Source: a bacterium
GTDB taxonomy: Bacteria; Patescibacteriota; Dojkabacteria; JAKAPS01; JAJZLI01
NCBI GenBank assembly: GCA_021846685.1
Contig: JAJZWL010000003.1
Location: forward strand, 17,700 to 81,699
DNA length: 64,000 nucleotides
Direction of reading: 5' to 3'
The notes beneath the pieces were generated by a model, which saw only the letters and a list, made by a program, of their open reading frames with translations, had not been told where the DNA came from and searched no databases. Shown here piece after piece: positions 39,101 through 49,788 of this stretch (positions within the stretch are counted from its first letter, which is position 1; each line of letters opens with the position of its first letter). Position numbers and translations under genes: made by a program.

Positions 39101-39217
39101 AAAATTTAGTTTTCTTAACTTATGTTTTAATGAATAAAGCTTCATTGTTATTTTTGTTTCTTTTATGTTAATCTCTTAGTTGAGTTAATTTTTTTTTGTT
39201 TTAGATAAATTATATAC

Positions 39218-42200
39218 ATGGATAGACTAAATCTTTCAACTATTTACCACGAAAATAATAAGATTTTTGATTACCCAGATTTAATAGAAGCACAAGTAAG
39301 ATCATATGATTTGTTCCTTGAGGAAAATATAAAATCTTTGTTTGATGAAATAAACCCAATTGTAGATAATACAGGGAAATTATGGGTTTTAGAATTTTTA
39401 GATTATAGATTTGGTGATATTACTAGATCTTCTAAAGAAGCTATTAGAAAGGGGTTAAGTTATGTAAGGCCTTTGTATTTTAATGTTGAATTAACTAATA
39501 AGGTTACTGGTGAAGTTAAGCAGCAAGAGTTGTTTATAGCTGAATTACCAATAATGACGGAATCTGGTAGTTTTATTATTAATGGTCATGAAAGAGTTGT
39601 AATTCATCAGATAGTTAGGGCAGAAGGTGTTTTGTTCACTGAAAATGGAAAAGCATTTAATAAGCAAAGGTTATATTCTGCAAAGCTAATAACTGCTATT
39701 GGTCCTTGGGTAACTTTTGAAGTTAACAAGCATAATGTAATGTCATTAAAATTTGCTCCTAGAAAGAATAAAATTTTAGTTACTACTTTATTAAGAGCTT
39801 TGGGGTATTCCACAAATTCAGATATTTTAAATTTATTTTCTGATGTAGATAATAATCAAGACAGGAAATTTATAGAATCAACTTTGGTTAAAGATCCTAC
39901 TCATAATCATACTGAAGCAGTATTGGAAATTTATAGAAAGATAAGACCTGATATCTCAGTTAATTATGATAATGCATTAGCTTATATTAACAGTTTGTTT
40001 TTTAATCCGAGAAAATTATATTTAGGAAAAACTGGAAGATATAAGTTAAATAAAAAATTAGGATTTGATAGACCTTTAGATAAAGATAATTATGTTTTAT
40101 TTAAGGAAGACATAGTAGCTATTGTAAAGAGATTGATAGAGGTAAGTAATGGAGTTATACCTGCAGATGATGTAGATTCTCTAAGTAACAGAAGGGTTAA
40201 GAGTGTTGGTGAATTATTATCAGATTATATTAGGGTTGGAGTAAGAAGAGTTGAAAAAATTGTTAAAGATAGGATGAGTATAATGTCTACTGATGAATTA
40301 TTAACTCCTTCTATGCTTATAAGTGCAAAACCTTTTGTTTCTGTTATTAATGAATTTTTTGGTAGTAGTGCTGTTTCTGTATCTATGGATCAAGCTAATG
40401 TACTAAGTGAGATTAGTAATAAAAGAAGAGTTACTGCTGGAGGTCCAGGTGGATTAACTAAAGAGAGTGCTACTTTCTCAGTTAGAGATATGCATTATTC
40501 TCAATATTCTAGATTATGTCCTGTTGAAACTCCTGAAGGACAACATATAGGTATAGTAAATCACTTAAGTATTTATGCAAGAATTAATGAATATGGATTT
40601 ATAGAAACTCCTTATGAAAAAGTCTTAAATACAGTTTCTTTTGATTCAAATAAGCTTTTAAATAGAATTTTAAGGGCTGACTTGAAGGTAGGGAATAAGG
40701 CATATAAATCTGGGGATGTAATTAATTCTGATTTATCAAAAGTAATTATAAAGGATAAATTAAAAGATATATTGGTATTACCATATCTTTCTGGAGATAT
40801 AGAATATTTTGATGCAGATGAAGAATTTAATTTTATTATTGCTAGTTTGAATACTAAAATAGATTCTCATGGGAATATATTAGATAATATATTAGAAATT
40901 AGATCTAAAGGAGATTACTCTTTGGGCACATCTACAAGTATTAATTATATCGAGGTTTCGACTACTCAAATAGGAGGAGTTTCTTTAAATTTGATACCTT
41001 TTGCTGCAGGTAATAAAGCAGATAGAACTTTAATGGGATCTAATATGCAAAAGCAGGCAGTGCCTTTGCTTACTCCAGAAGCTCCAATCATAGGAACTGG
41101 AGTAGAAGGTATTGTTGCTCAAAATTCTCATAGGTCATATTTTGCTAAAGATGATGGAGTAGTAGAGTATGCTGATTCTAAAAGGATTAGTGTTCAATAT
41201 AAAAATAAAAATTCTGATAAAGAAACTTATTTTGCAGACAAATTTATACCTACTAATAAATCAACTTCTTTTTCTCAAAAGGTAATTTTGAATAAAGGAA
41301 CTAGTTTTAAAAAGGGAGATGTATTAGTTGATGGTCCTAGTATAAGTAATGGAGAATTAGCTCTAGGTAAGAATTTATTAGTTGGATATATGATGTATGA
41401 AGGTTATAATTATGAAGATGGAATTGTAATTTCAGAAAGGTTAGTTAAAGAAGATGTATTGACCTCTGTACACGTTAAATGTTATACGCACGATATAAAA
41501 GAGACTAGATTGGGTCCTGAAATGACAACTAGGGATATCCCTAATGTATCGTTAACTTCTTTAAAAGATTTGGATGAAAATGGAATCGTTAGATTAGGTG
41601 CTTATGTAGAGTCAGGAAGTATTCTTGTTGGTATAGTAGCACCTAAGGGTGAAGTAGAACTTACTGCAGAAGAAAAATTATTAAGATCTATATTTGGAGA
41701 TATAGCTAAGGATGTTAGGGATAATTCATTGAGAGTTCCTAATGGTGAATCTGGAGTTATAACAGATATTGAGATACTAGAGAGAGAAGATGATTCTAAT
41801 AAATTATCACCAGGTGTCATAAAGCAAATTAAAGTATGGGTTGCTAGAACTCATAAGATAGGATTAGGTGATAAATTATCAGGAAGATTTGGAGATAAAG
41901 GTGTAATATCAAAAATACTTCCAGTAGAGGATATGCCTTATTTAGAAGATGGTACACCTTTAGATATATTGCTTTCTCCTTCTAGTATAACTAGAAGATT
42001 AAATTTTGGGCAATTGCATGAAATACATTATAGTAAGATTGCAAAAAAAATTGGAAAAAATTTAGCATTTCCTATTTTTTCTCAAATTGATGAAAATAAA
42101 TTAGAAAATCTTTTAAAAGATAATAATATTAAACCAGAAGATATTGAGGATAAAGTCTCTTTGTATGATGGTAGAGATGGTTCTAAGTTCCAAAATAAAA

Positions 42201-42721
42201 TTACTGTAGGTCAAAGGTATATACTAGTATTAGATCATTTGGCAGATTCAAAAGTTCATGCAAGATCTACAGGTAGTTATACTGTGGTTAATCAACAACC
42301 ATTGGGTGGTAAGTCAAATATGGGAGGTATGAGATTCGGGGAAATGGAAGTATGGGCATTAGAAGCTTATGGAGCTGCATATACACTTCAAGAAATGTTA
42401 TCTATAAAGTCAGATGACATAATAGGAAGATCTGAAGCATACAAATCGATTATTCATAATAGAAAGATACAAATGGTCGGAATTCCTGAGTCATTTAAGG
42501 TATTGCTATCAGAATTAAAGTCTCTGTGTTTAAATATAGAGCCTACTGAAGTAATCATAGATAATATCTCAGAAGAGGAATCAAATATTCCTGAAGATGT
42601 CATGATTGAAGAAGGTGTTATAGTGACAGAGGATAATGGGAATGATATTGTAGAGAATGTTATGGTAGGTAGTGATCCTGCTGTATTAGAAGAAAATGAG
42701 AATAGTATTGAGTCAAATTAA
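39218..42721 (+). CDS. rpoB: RNA polymerase beta subunit
   Basis: GSFIINGHERV, CPVETPEG, GYNYED and GGMRFGEMEVWALE motifs. Confidence 0.98.
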   Translation: MDRLNLSTIYHENNKIFDYPDLIEAQVRSYDLFLEENIKSLFDEINPIVDNTGKLWVLEFLDYRFGDITRSSKEAIRKGLSYVRPLYFNVELTNKVTGEVKQQELFIAELPIMTESGSFIINGHERVVIHQIVRAEGVLFTENGKAFNKQRLYSAKLITAIGPWVTFEVNKHNVMSLKFAPRKNKILVTTLLRALGYSTNSDILNLFSDVDNNQDRKFIESTLVKDPTHNHTEAVLEIYRKIRPDISVNYDNALAYINSLFFNPRKLYLGKTGRYKLNKKLGFDRPLDKDNYVLFKEDIVAIVKRLIEVSNGVIPADDVDSLSNRRVKSVGELLSDYIRVGVRRVEKIVKDRMSIMSTDELLTPSMLISAKPFVSVINEFFGSSAVSVSMDQANVLSEISNKRRVTAGGPGGLTKESATFSVRDMHYSQYSRLCPVETPEGQHIGIVNHLSIYARINEYGFIETPYEKVLNTVSFDSNKLLNRILRADLKVGNKAYKSGDVINSDLSKVIIKDKLKDILVLPYLSGDIEYFDADEEFNFIIASLNTKIDSHGNILDNILEIRSKGDYSLGTSTSINYIEVSTTQIGGVSLNLIPFAAGNKADRTLMGSNMQKQAVPLLTPEAPIIGTGVEGIVAQNSHRSYFAKDDGVVEYADSKRISVQYKNKNSDKETYFADKFIPTNKSTSFSQKVILNKGTSFKKGDVLVDGPSISNGELALGKNLLVGYMMYEGYNYEDGIVISERLVKEDVLTSVHVKCYTHDIKETRLGPEMTTRDIPNVSLTSLKDLDENGIVRLGAYVESGSILVGIVAPKGEVELTAEEKLLRSIFGDIAKDVRDNSLRVPNGESGVITDIEILEREDDSNKLSPGVIKQIKVWVARTHKIGLGDKLSGRFGDKGVISKILPVEDMPYLEDGTPLDILLSPSSITRRLNFGQLHEIHYSKIAKKIGKNLAFPIFSQIDENKLENLLKDNNIKPEDIEDKVSLYDGRDGSKFQNKITVGQRYILVLDHLADSKVHARSTGSYTVVNQQPLGGKSNMGGMRFGEMEVWALEAYGAAYTLQEMLSIKSDDIIGRSEAYKSIIHNRKIQMVGIPESFKVLLSELKSLCLNIEPTEVIIDNISEEESNIPEDVMIEEGVIVTEDNGNDIVENVMVGSDPAVLEENENSIESN

Positions 42722-42745
42722 TTATTTTATTTATTATATTTGTAT

Positions 42746-45700
42746 ATGTTAAAAGATTTTAAAGCACTAAAGATAACCTTAGCTTCACCTTCACAAATTT
42801 TAGATTGGTCTCATGGTGAGGTTAAGAAGGCAGAAACAATTAATTATAGAACTCAAAGATCCGAGGTAGGGGGATTGATGTGTGAGAAGATTTTTGGTCC
42901 AACCAAGAATTATGAATGTTATTGTGGTAAATATAAAAAAATAAGATATAAAGGTATTATATGTGATAAATGTGGAGTTGAAGTCACTACACGAAATGTT
43001 AGAAGGGAGAGATTAGGGCATATTAAATTAGCATCTCCAATAACTCATATTTGGTTTGTTCATGAAGTGCCTAATAAATTATCTTTATTATTAGATATTC
43101 CTCAAAAAAAACTTATTTCTGTAGTTTATTTTTCTAGATATATTATCTTATCAGTAGATTCTGAAAAAAAGAAAGAAGCAATTGATGTCGTTAAGGAAAA
43201 GATATCTGTAGCTGAATCTGAATATAATAAAGATTTAAAAGATAAAATAAAGATTCTAAATGAAGAGCAGGACAAGGAATTAAAAACTAAAAGATCTGAA
43301 CTTAAAAAAGAGGGGATGGATAATGAATCTATAGATCTCCAAATTGAAAAGCAGAATTTTAAATTTAGACAACAAGTTGCTAGATTAAAAGAGGTAGAAT
43401 CATCAGCATTTGAAGAAATTTCTAAAGAGAATGATAATCTTTTAGAATTAGTAAAGAAAATTAATGTTGGTGAAGTGATATCAGAAGAAGAATATGGGAC
43501 TTTATTAGATAATAATTTAGAATTTTATGAATTAGATATGGGTTCTGAGTCAATTAGAAAATTGTTGTCGAATTTAGATCTAGATACACTTTCTAAAGAG
43601 TTGTATAAAGATATTAATTCTAAATCTGCTCAAAGGAGAGTTAGGGTAATTCAAAGATTAAAAATAATAGAAGGATTTAGAAAGAATAATATGAAACCAG
43701 AGTGGATGGTATTAGATGTTATTCCTGTTATTCCACCTGATTTGAGACCTATTATTCAACTATCTGGAGGTAAATTTGCAACATCTGATCTTAATGATTT
43801 ATACAGAAGAGTTATTAATAGAAACAATAGATTAAAAAAATTAATGGATTTAGGAGCTCCAGAGGTTATTTTGAGAAATGAAAAAAGAATGTTACAAGAG
43901 AGTGTAGATGCGTTGTTTGATAATCAGCATAGACCTTCTGCACCTGTAGTAAACTCTAGGAGAATCCCATATAAGTCTTTATCTGATAATATAAGAGGAA
44001 AATATGGAAGATTTAGAGGTAATCTTTTAGGTAAAAGAGTAGATTATTCAGGTAGAGCTGTAATTACTAGTGGTCCTGAATTATCATTGACTCAATGTGG
44101 TCTTCCTAAAAAAATGGCTTTAGAATTATTTAGACCTTTTGTTATGAGAGAAATCCTCTATAGAGGAATTTCACCTAATATTAAGAGTGCGAAAGTATTA
44201 TTTGAAAGTGCAACTCCTGAAGTATGGGATATTTTAGAAGAAATAATCAAAGATAGACCTGTACTTTTAAATAGAGCTCCTACTTTGCATAAGCAAGGAA
44301 TTCAAGGATTCTTTCCAATACTTATTGAAGGAGATGCTATTCAATTACATCCTTTAGTTTGTGAAGGATTTAATGCTGATTTCGATGGAGATGCAATGAC
44401 AGTTCATGTGCCATTATCTGAAAGTGCAATAGAAGAAGTTATAAATCTTACAATGACAGACAGTAATTTATTTTTAGCTTCTGATGCTACTCCTATAGTT
44501 ACTTTGAAAAAAGATATGGTTTATGGTTGTTATTATGTAACCTCTATTGAAAAAGTAAATTTGGATAAGGTTTTTTCATCCTCAGAAGATTTATTATCAG
44601 CATACAATAAAGGTATAATTTCTTTAAGGGAGTTAGTTAAGGTTAGAATAGATGGTAAATTAATAGATTCTTCAGTAGGTAGAATTATTTTTAACCAATC
44701 TTTGCATGGAAGTGTTCCTGAGTTTATAAATGATTCAGTAAATGACAAAATCATAACTGATATTGTTGTAAATGCAGTTGATTCAATTGGGAAAAAAGAA
44801 ACATTATTGATGTTAGATGATCTTAAGAGTTTAGGATTTAAATATGCATTAAAATCAGATTTTTCTATTTCAATTGAAGATTGTCAAATGTTGCCTAATA
44901 AAGATGATTTAATTTTAGGAGCAGATAAGGAAATTGAAAAAATTGCAGATAGTTTTAAAGAAGGATTAATAACTAAAAAAGAAAGAGTACAATTATCTAC
45001 TGATGTATGGAAGGGTGTTACTGACGATATTGCAGAAAAATCTTTAAATAATCTTAAAGAAGGGAATTTATTTAAAACTATTGTTGATAATAAATTTATG
45101 GGTGCTAATATTGATCAATTAAAGCAAATTATAGGAATGAAAGGTTTAGTGCTTGATCCTAATGGAAATATAATTGAATTACCTATAAAATCAAATTATG
45201 TTGATGGTCTGAGTGTTTTTGAATATTTAGTTGAAGCTAGATCTTCTCGAAAAGGTTTGGCAGATGTAGCTTTGAGAACTTCAAATACAGGATATTTAAC
45301 TAGAAAAATGGTAGATGTATCTCATGATGTAATCATAAGATTAGAAGATTGTAATAATTTTGGAGAAGGATATATTTTATCTAAAAATGAAGATAGAAAA
45401 TTAAATTTTGAATCAAGAATATATGGAAGAGTTATATCTGAAGATGTGAAAAATAAAAAAGGTGAAATTTTCTACTCTACTAATACTATTATTGATAGAA
45501 AGTTAGCTAAAGAGATAAATAATAATAAAGAAATAGAATCGATTACAGTTAGAACTCCTTTAACTTGTGGAGCTCAATATGGTATTTGTGCTATGTGTTA
45601 TGGATATGATATTAGTGAAAATGAATTAGTTAAAGTAGGGAAGGCAGTAGGAGTTATTGCTGCTCAATCTTTAGGACAAAAAGGATCTCAACTAACTTTA

Positions 45701-46615
45701 AACTCAAAACATTTATCTGGTATTGTTGGAGGAGTAGATATGTCTAGAGGTGCTCCTAGGATAGAGGAACTTTTAGAGGCTAGAATTCCAAAAGGAGAAG
45801 CAAAAATTGCTGATATAGATGGAGTAGTTAAAATTGAAAATATCAATAATGTTGTAAAACTAAAAATAGTATCTGAAAATAATATAGGAAAAGATTATAT
45901 TTTAGTTAAAGGAGACGTTCCTGCATTTGAAGGAGAAAAGAAAGTTAATCCGGGCAATTTATTATTTGTAAGTAAAGATGGAACTCAAGTAGTATCTCCA
46001 TTTAAAGGTCTTGCAAAAATAGAAGACGGTAAAGTTTATGTAGAAAGTACAAAATCTTTGGAAGTAGAATATACATTTGATCCTGAAGATATTATATTGG
46101 TATCTGATGGAGAAAAGATTAAAGTAGGAACATTATTAACTAAAGGTAATATAGATCCTAATGTTTTACTTAAAGCAGTAGGTATTCATAAAGCTCAAAA
46201 ATATATTATTGATAATTTATTGGATACTTATGAAAGTCAAGGTATTAGTGTTTATGATAAACATATTGAGATTTTAGTTTCTCAAATGGGAAGATATGTA
46301 AAAGTTCTAGATCCAGGGGATAGTGATGTGTTACCAGGCTCTTATAAAGATATATTTTTTATTAATGAAGAAAATAAGCATTTAAAAGATAAGAATTTGA
46401 AAGAAATAAAATTTGAAAGAAAATTATCAGGGATAACCTCAGCAGCATTGCATACTGAAAGTTTTCTTTCAGCAGCTTCTTTCCAAGAACAGGTTAGAGT
46501 TCTTTCAGAAGCAGCAATTTCAGGTAAAACTGATTATTTGCGTGGTTTGAAAGAAAATGTTATCATTGGACGTAAAATCCCAGTGGGGGATGAAGCTAGA
46601 TTAGTTAATGGATAA
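42746..46615 (+). CDS. rpoC: RNA polymerase beta' subunit
   Basis: N-terminal Zn finger; GKRVDYSGR, NADFDGD and GLKENVIIG motifs. Confidence 0.98.
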   Translation: MLKDFKALKITLASPSQILDWSHGEVKKAETINYRTQRSEVGGLMCEKIFGPTKNYECYCGKYKKIRYKGIICDKCGVEVTTRNVRRERLGHIKLASPITHIWFVHEVPNKLSLLLDIPQKKLISVVYFSRYIILSVDSEKKKEAIDVVKEKISVAESEYNKDLKDKIKILNEEQDKELKTKRSELKKEGMDNESIDLQIEKQNFKFRQQVARLKEVESSAFEEISKENDNLLELVKKINVGEVISEEEYGTLLDNNLEFYELDMGSESIRKLLSNLDLDTLSKELYKDINSKSAQRRVRVIQRLKIIEGFRKNNMKPEWMVLDVIPVIPPDLRPIIQLSGGKFATSDLNDLYRRVINRNNRLKKLMDLGAPEVILRNEKRMLQESVDALFDNQHRPSAPVVNSRRIPYKSLSDNIRGKYGRFRGNLLGKRVDYSGRAVITSGPELSLTQCGLPKKMALELFRPFVMREILYRGISPNIKSAKVLFESATPEVWDILEEIIKDRPVLLNRAPTLHKQGIQGFFPILIEGDAIQLHPLVCEGFNADFDGDAMTVHVPLSESAIEEVINLTMTDSNLFLASDATPIVTLKKDMVYGCYYVTSIEKVNLDKVFSSSEDLLSAYNKGIISLRELVKVRIDGKLIDSSVGRIIFNQSLHGSVPEFINDSVNDKIITDIVVNAVDSIGKKETLLMLDDLKSLGFKYALKSDFSISIEDCQMLPNKDDLILGADKEIEKIADSFKEGLITKKERVQLSTDVWKGVTDDIAEKSLNNLKEGNLFKTIVDNKFMGANIDQLKQIIGMKGLVLDPNGNIIELPIKSNYVDGLSVFEYLVEARSSRKGLADVALRTSNTGYLTRKMVDVSHDVIIRLEDCNNFGEGYILSKNEDRKLNFESRIYGRVISEDVKNKKGEIFYSTNTIIDRKLAKEINNNKEIESITVRTPLTCGAQYGICAMCYGYDISENELVKVGKAVGVIAAQSLGQKGSQLTLNSKHLSGIVGGVDMSRGAPRIEELLEARIPKGEAKIADIDGVVKIENINNVVKLKIVSENNIGKDYILVKGDVPAFEGEKKVNPGNLLFVSKDGTQVVSPFKGLAKIEDGKVYVESTKSLEVEYTFDPEDIILVSDGEKIKVGTLLTKGNIDPNVLLKAVGIHKAQKYIIDNLLDTYESQGISVYDKHIEILVSQMGRYVKVLDPGDSDVLPGSYKDIFFINEENKHLKDKNLKEIKFERKLSGITSAALHTESFLSAASFQEQVRVLSEAAISGKTDYLRGLKENVIIGRKIPVGDEARLVNG

Positions 46616-46624
46616 TATAAATAT

Positions 46625-47038
46625 ATGTCAAGAATATCACAGTTAGTAAGAAAACCTAGGAAAAGTAAAGTTAAAAATATAAAGTATAAGGCTTTAACAT
46701 TTACTTATAATTCTAAAAAAAATAAATATACTAGGGTAAATTCTCCATTTAAGAGAGGGGTATGTACTGTAGTCAGAACAACTACTCCTAAAAAACCTAA
46801 TTCTGCATTAAGAAAAATTGCAAAAGTTAGGTTGTCTAACAAAATGGAAGTTACTGCATATATTCCAGGTGAAGATCATAAATTGCAAGAACATTCTGTT
46901 GTTCTAATTAAAGCAGGCAGAGTGCCTGATGTTCCTGTTGCTAAATATCATATAGTTAGAGGTACTTATGATGATGCAGAAGGGGTAGAAAATAGAAAGC
47001 AATCTAGGTCTAAATATGGAGTAAAAAAAGGTAAATAA
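46625..47038 (+). CDS. rpsL: 30S ribosomal protein S12
   Basis: [18 protein letters not shown] motif. Confidence 0.97.
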   Translation: MSRISQLVRKPRKSKVKNIKYKALTFTYNSKKNKYTRVNSPFKRGVCTVVRTTTPKKPNSALRKIAKVRLSNKMEVTAYIPGEDHKLQEHSVVLIKAGRVPDVPVAKYHIVRGTYDDAEGVENRKQSRSKYGVKKGK

Positions 47039-47058
47039 AAAAATATAAGAATTTAATT

Positions 47059-47523
47059 ATGAGAGGAAAAAAAATAACAAAAAGAAAAATAAGTCCAGAT
47101 GTAAAATATGGAAATGTTAATATAGAAAAATTTATTAACAAGGTTATGATTGGAGGTAAAAAATCTATATCTAGAGTAATTGTGTATGGTGCATTAGAAG
47201 AAGCTGCATCAACATTAAAGATTGAACCTCTAGATCTATTTAATAAAGTCATAGAAAACACCACTCCTTCAGTAGAAGTTAGATCTAGAAGAGTTGGTGG
47301 TGCCAATTTTCAAGTTCCTATTCCTGTATCTCCTGATAGACAAGTTACTTTAGCTTTAAGATGGATTATATCTGCAGCTAGAGATAGAAAAGGTATGCCA
47401 ATGAAAGAAAGGTTGGGTAAAGAGTTTGTAGAAGCATATAATAATGCAGGTGGAGCAGTTAAAAAGAAAACTGACATCGAAAAGATGGCAGAAGCAAATA
47501 AAGCTTTCTCATATTTAGCTTAA
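47059..47523 (+). CDS. rpsG: 30S ribosomal protein S7
   Basis: [16 protein letters not shown] and MAEANKAF motifs. Confidence 0.98.
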   Translation: MRGKKITKRKISPDVKYGNVNIEKFINKVMIGGKKSISRVIVYGALEEAASTLKIEPLDLFNKVIENTTPSVEVRSRRVGGANFQVPIPVSPDRQVTLALRWIISAARDRKGMPMKERLGKEFVEAYNNAGGAVKKKTDIEKMAEANKAFSYLA

Positions 47524-47542
47524 TAATTTAAAAATAAATTTA

Positions 47543-49600
47543 ATGGATAATATACGAAATATCGGTATAATAGCTCATATAGATGCTGGTAAAACTACTA
47601 GTACAGAAAGAATATTATACTATACTGGAAAAACATATAAAATTGGAGAAGTTCATGAAGGTGAGGCTGTAATGGATTGGATGGATCAAGAAAAAGAAAG
47701 AGGTATTACTATTACATCTGCTGCAACCACAACATTTTGGATTTTAAATAATAATAAATACAGAATCAATATTATAGATACTCCGGGACATGTAGATTTT
47801 ACAGCTGAAGTGGAAAGATCATTAAGGGTTTTAGATGGTGGAGTCGTGGTGTTTGATGGGAAAATGGGTGTAGAACCTCAATCTGAAACTGTATGGAGAC
47901 AGGCAGATAAATATAATGTTCCAAGAATATGTTTTATTAATAAATTAGATGGAATTGGAGCTGATTTCTATATGTCTTATAAATCAATTATAGAAAGATT
48001 AGGTGCCAATATAGTAATAATGCAATTACCTATTGGGGCTGAAAGTAATCTTAAGGGATTGGTTGATTTAGTTACTAAAAAAGCATATATATATACAAAT
48101 GATTTGGGAACCGATATTAAAGAAGAAGATGTTCCTGAAGATATGAAAGATAAGGTTGAAGAATATCGTACTCAATTAATAGAAAAAGCTTCAGAGTATG
48201 ATGATTCTGTAATGGAAAAATATTTGAATGGAGATGAATTAACTCACGAAGATATTTATAAAGGAATAAGAGCAGGAGTTATTTCAGGTGACTTATTCCC
48301 AGTTTTTGGAGGAAGTGCTCTTAAAAATAAAGGATTTCAGTTATTATTAGATGCAATAATAAGATATTTACCATCTCCTATGGATGCAGGAGATATAAAA
48401 GCTTTAAATGATAAAGAGGAAGAAATAGCAATAAAGGTATCTCCGGACTCTCCTTTTTGTGCATTGGCTTTCAAAATAATGTCTGATCCTCATGTAGGAA
48501 AATTAACTTTCTTTAGGATATATTCAGGAAAAATTAAAAAAGGGTCATTTATTTATAATTCATCAAAAGGTGTTGAAGAAAGAGTATCGAGGATTCTCTT
48601 AATGCATGCTAACCATAGAGAAGAAACAGATGAGTTATCAGCTGGAGATATTGGCGCTATAGTTGGATTAAAAGCAACTACTACAGGAGATACATTGTGT
48701 AATAGTTCTGATAAAATTTTACTAGAAAGTATTACATTTCCAGAACCTGTTGTATCTATTGCAATAGAGCCTAAAACTAAGGCAGATCAAGAAAAAATGT
48801 CATTAGCTATCCATAAATTGGCAGAAGAAGATCCTACATTCCAAATGAAATCTGACCAGGAAACTGGACAAACAATAATCTCTGGAATGGGAGAGTTACA
48901 CTTAGATATCTTAGTTGACAGAATGAAACGAGAATTTTCAGTAGAGGCTAATATAGGAGCTCCTCAGGTTGCATATCGAGAAAGTATTACAAAAGAGTCT
49001 AATGCTGAAGGTAAATATATTAAACAATCAGGAGGAAGAGGTCAATATGGACACTGTTTTCTTAGAATTAATCCAAGAAACAGAGGTGAAGGTTTCGAAT
49101 TTAAGAATGAAATTAAAGGAGGTTCTATCCCACAAGAATATATTCCTGCTATTGAGAAAGGTATTATAGAAACTATGAATGCAGGAGTGGTAGCAGGGTA
49201 CCCTGTTGTAGATGTTTCTGTAACTTTATATGATGGATCTTTTCATGAAGTTGATTCATCTGAAATGGCATTTAAGATTGCTGCATCTATGGCTTTTAAA
49301 GATGCTATGAGGATAGCAGCACCTATTTTATTAGAGCCTATAATGAAGGTTGAAGTTGTTACTCCAGATGAATTTTTAGGAACTATAACTGGTAATTTAA
49401 CAAGTAAAAGAGGATTAATGATTGGAACAGAGTTAAGAGGAAATGCTAGAGTAATAGAAATTGAAGTTCCTTTGGCAAATATGTTTGGCTTTACAACTGA
49501 ATTAAGATCTATGTCTTCTGGAAGAGCTACTTCTACAATGGAATTTGAAAAATATGAGGTTGTTCCTAAAAATGTTGTTGAAGAAATAACAAAGTCATAA
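47543..49600 (+). CDS. fusA: Elongation factor G
   Basis: [23 protein letters not shown] and GMGELHL motifs. Confidence 0.98.
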   Translation: MDNIRNIGIIAHIDAGKTTSTERILYYTGKTYKIGEVHEGEAVMDWMDQEKERGITITSAATTTFWILNNNKYRINIIDTPGHVDFTAEVERSLRVLDGGVVVFDGKMGVEPQSETVWRQADKYNVPRICFINKLDGIGADFYMSYKSIIERLGANIVIMQLPIGAESNLKGLVDLVTKKAYIYTNDLGTDIKEEDVPEDMKDKVEEYRTQLIEKASEYDDSVMEKYLNGDELTHEDIYKGIRAGVISGDLFPVFGGSALKNKGFQLLLDAIIRYLPSPMDAGDIKALNDKEEEIAIKVSPDSPFCALAFKIMSDPHVGKLTFFRIYSGKIKKGSFIYNSSKGVEERVSRILLMHANHREETDELSAGDIGAIVGLKATTTGDTLCNSSDKILLESITFPEPVVSIAIEPKTKADQEKMSLAIHKLAEEDPTFQMKSDQETGQTIISGMGELHLDILVDRMKREFSVEANIGAPQVAYRESITKESNAEGKYIKQSGGRGQYGHCFLRINPRNRGEGFEFKNEIKGGSIPQEYIPAIEKGIIETMNAGVVAGYPVVDVSVTLYDGSFHEVDSSEMAFKIAASMAFKDAMRIAAPILLEPIMKVEVVTPDEFLGTITGNLTSKRGLMIGTELRGNARVIEIEVPLANMFGFTTELRSMSSGRATSTMEFEKYEVVPKNVVEEITKS

Positions 49601-49681
49601 TTTTGAGATACCTTATATTCAATATTATTAATTAAGTCTATTTATTTACTAATTTCTTTAGTGCTATAATGGAGAAATTAT

Positions 49682-49765
49682 GCCGGGATGGCGGAATTGG
49701 TAGACGCACAGGACTCAAAATCCTGCGAGGATTTCCTCATGAGGGTCCGAGTCCCTCTCTCGGTA
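49682..49765 (+). tRNA. tRNA-Leu(CAA)
   Basis: Acceptor GCCGGGA/TCTCGGT, anticodon arm CAGGA-CTCAAAA-TCCTG, long variable arm. TGCTATAAT promoter at 49662-49670. Confidence 0.92.
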
Positions 49766-49788
49766 ATTATTTAAAAGTCATTAATGTT

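Noticed and set aside
49669-49788. N-terminal extension of EF-P in the ORF track
   Set aside because: It is read-through of the tRNA-Leu gene. EF-P homology starts at the ATG at 49789.
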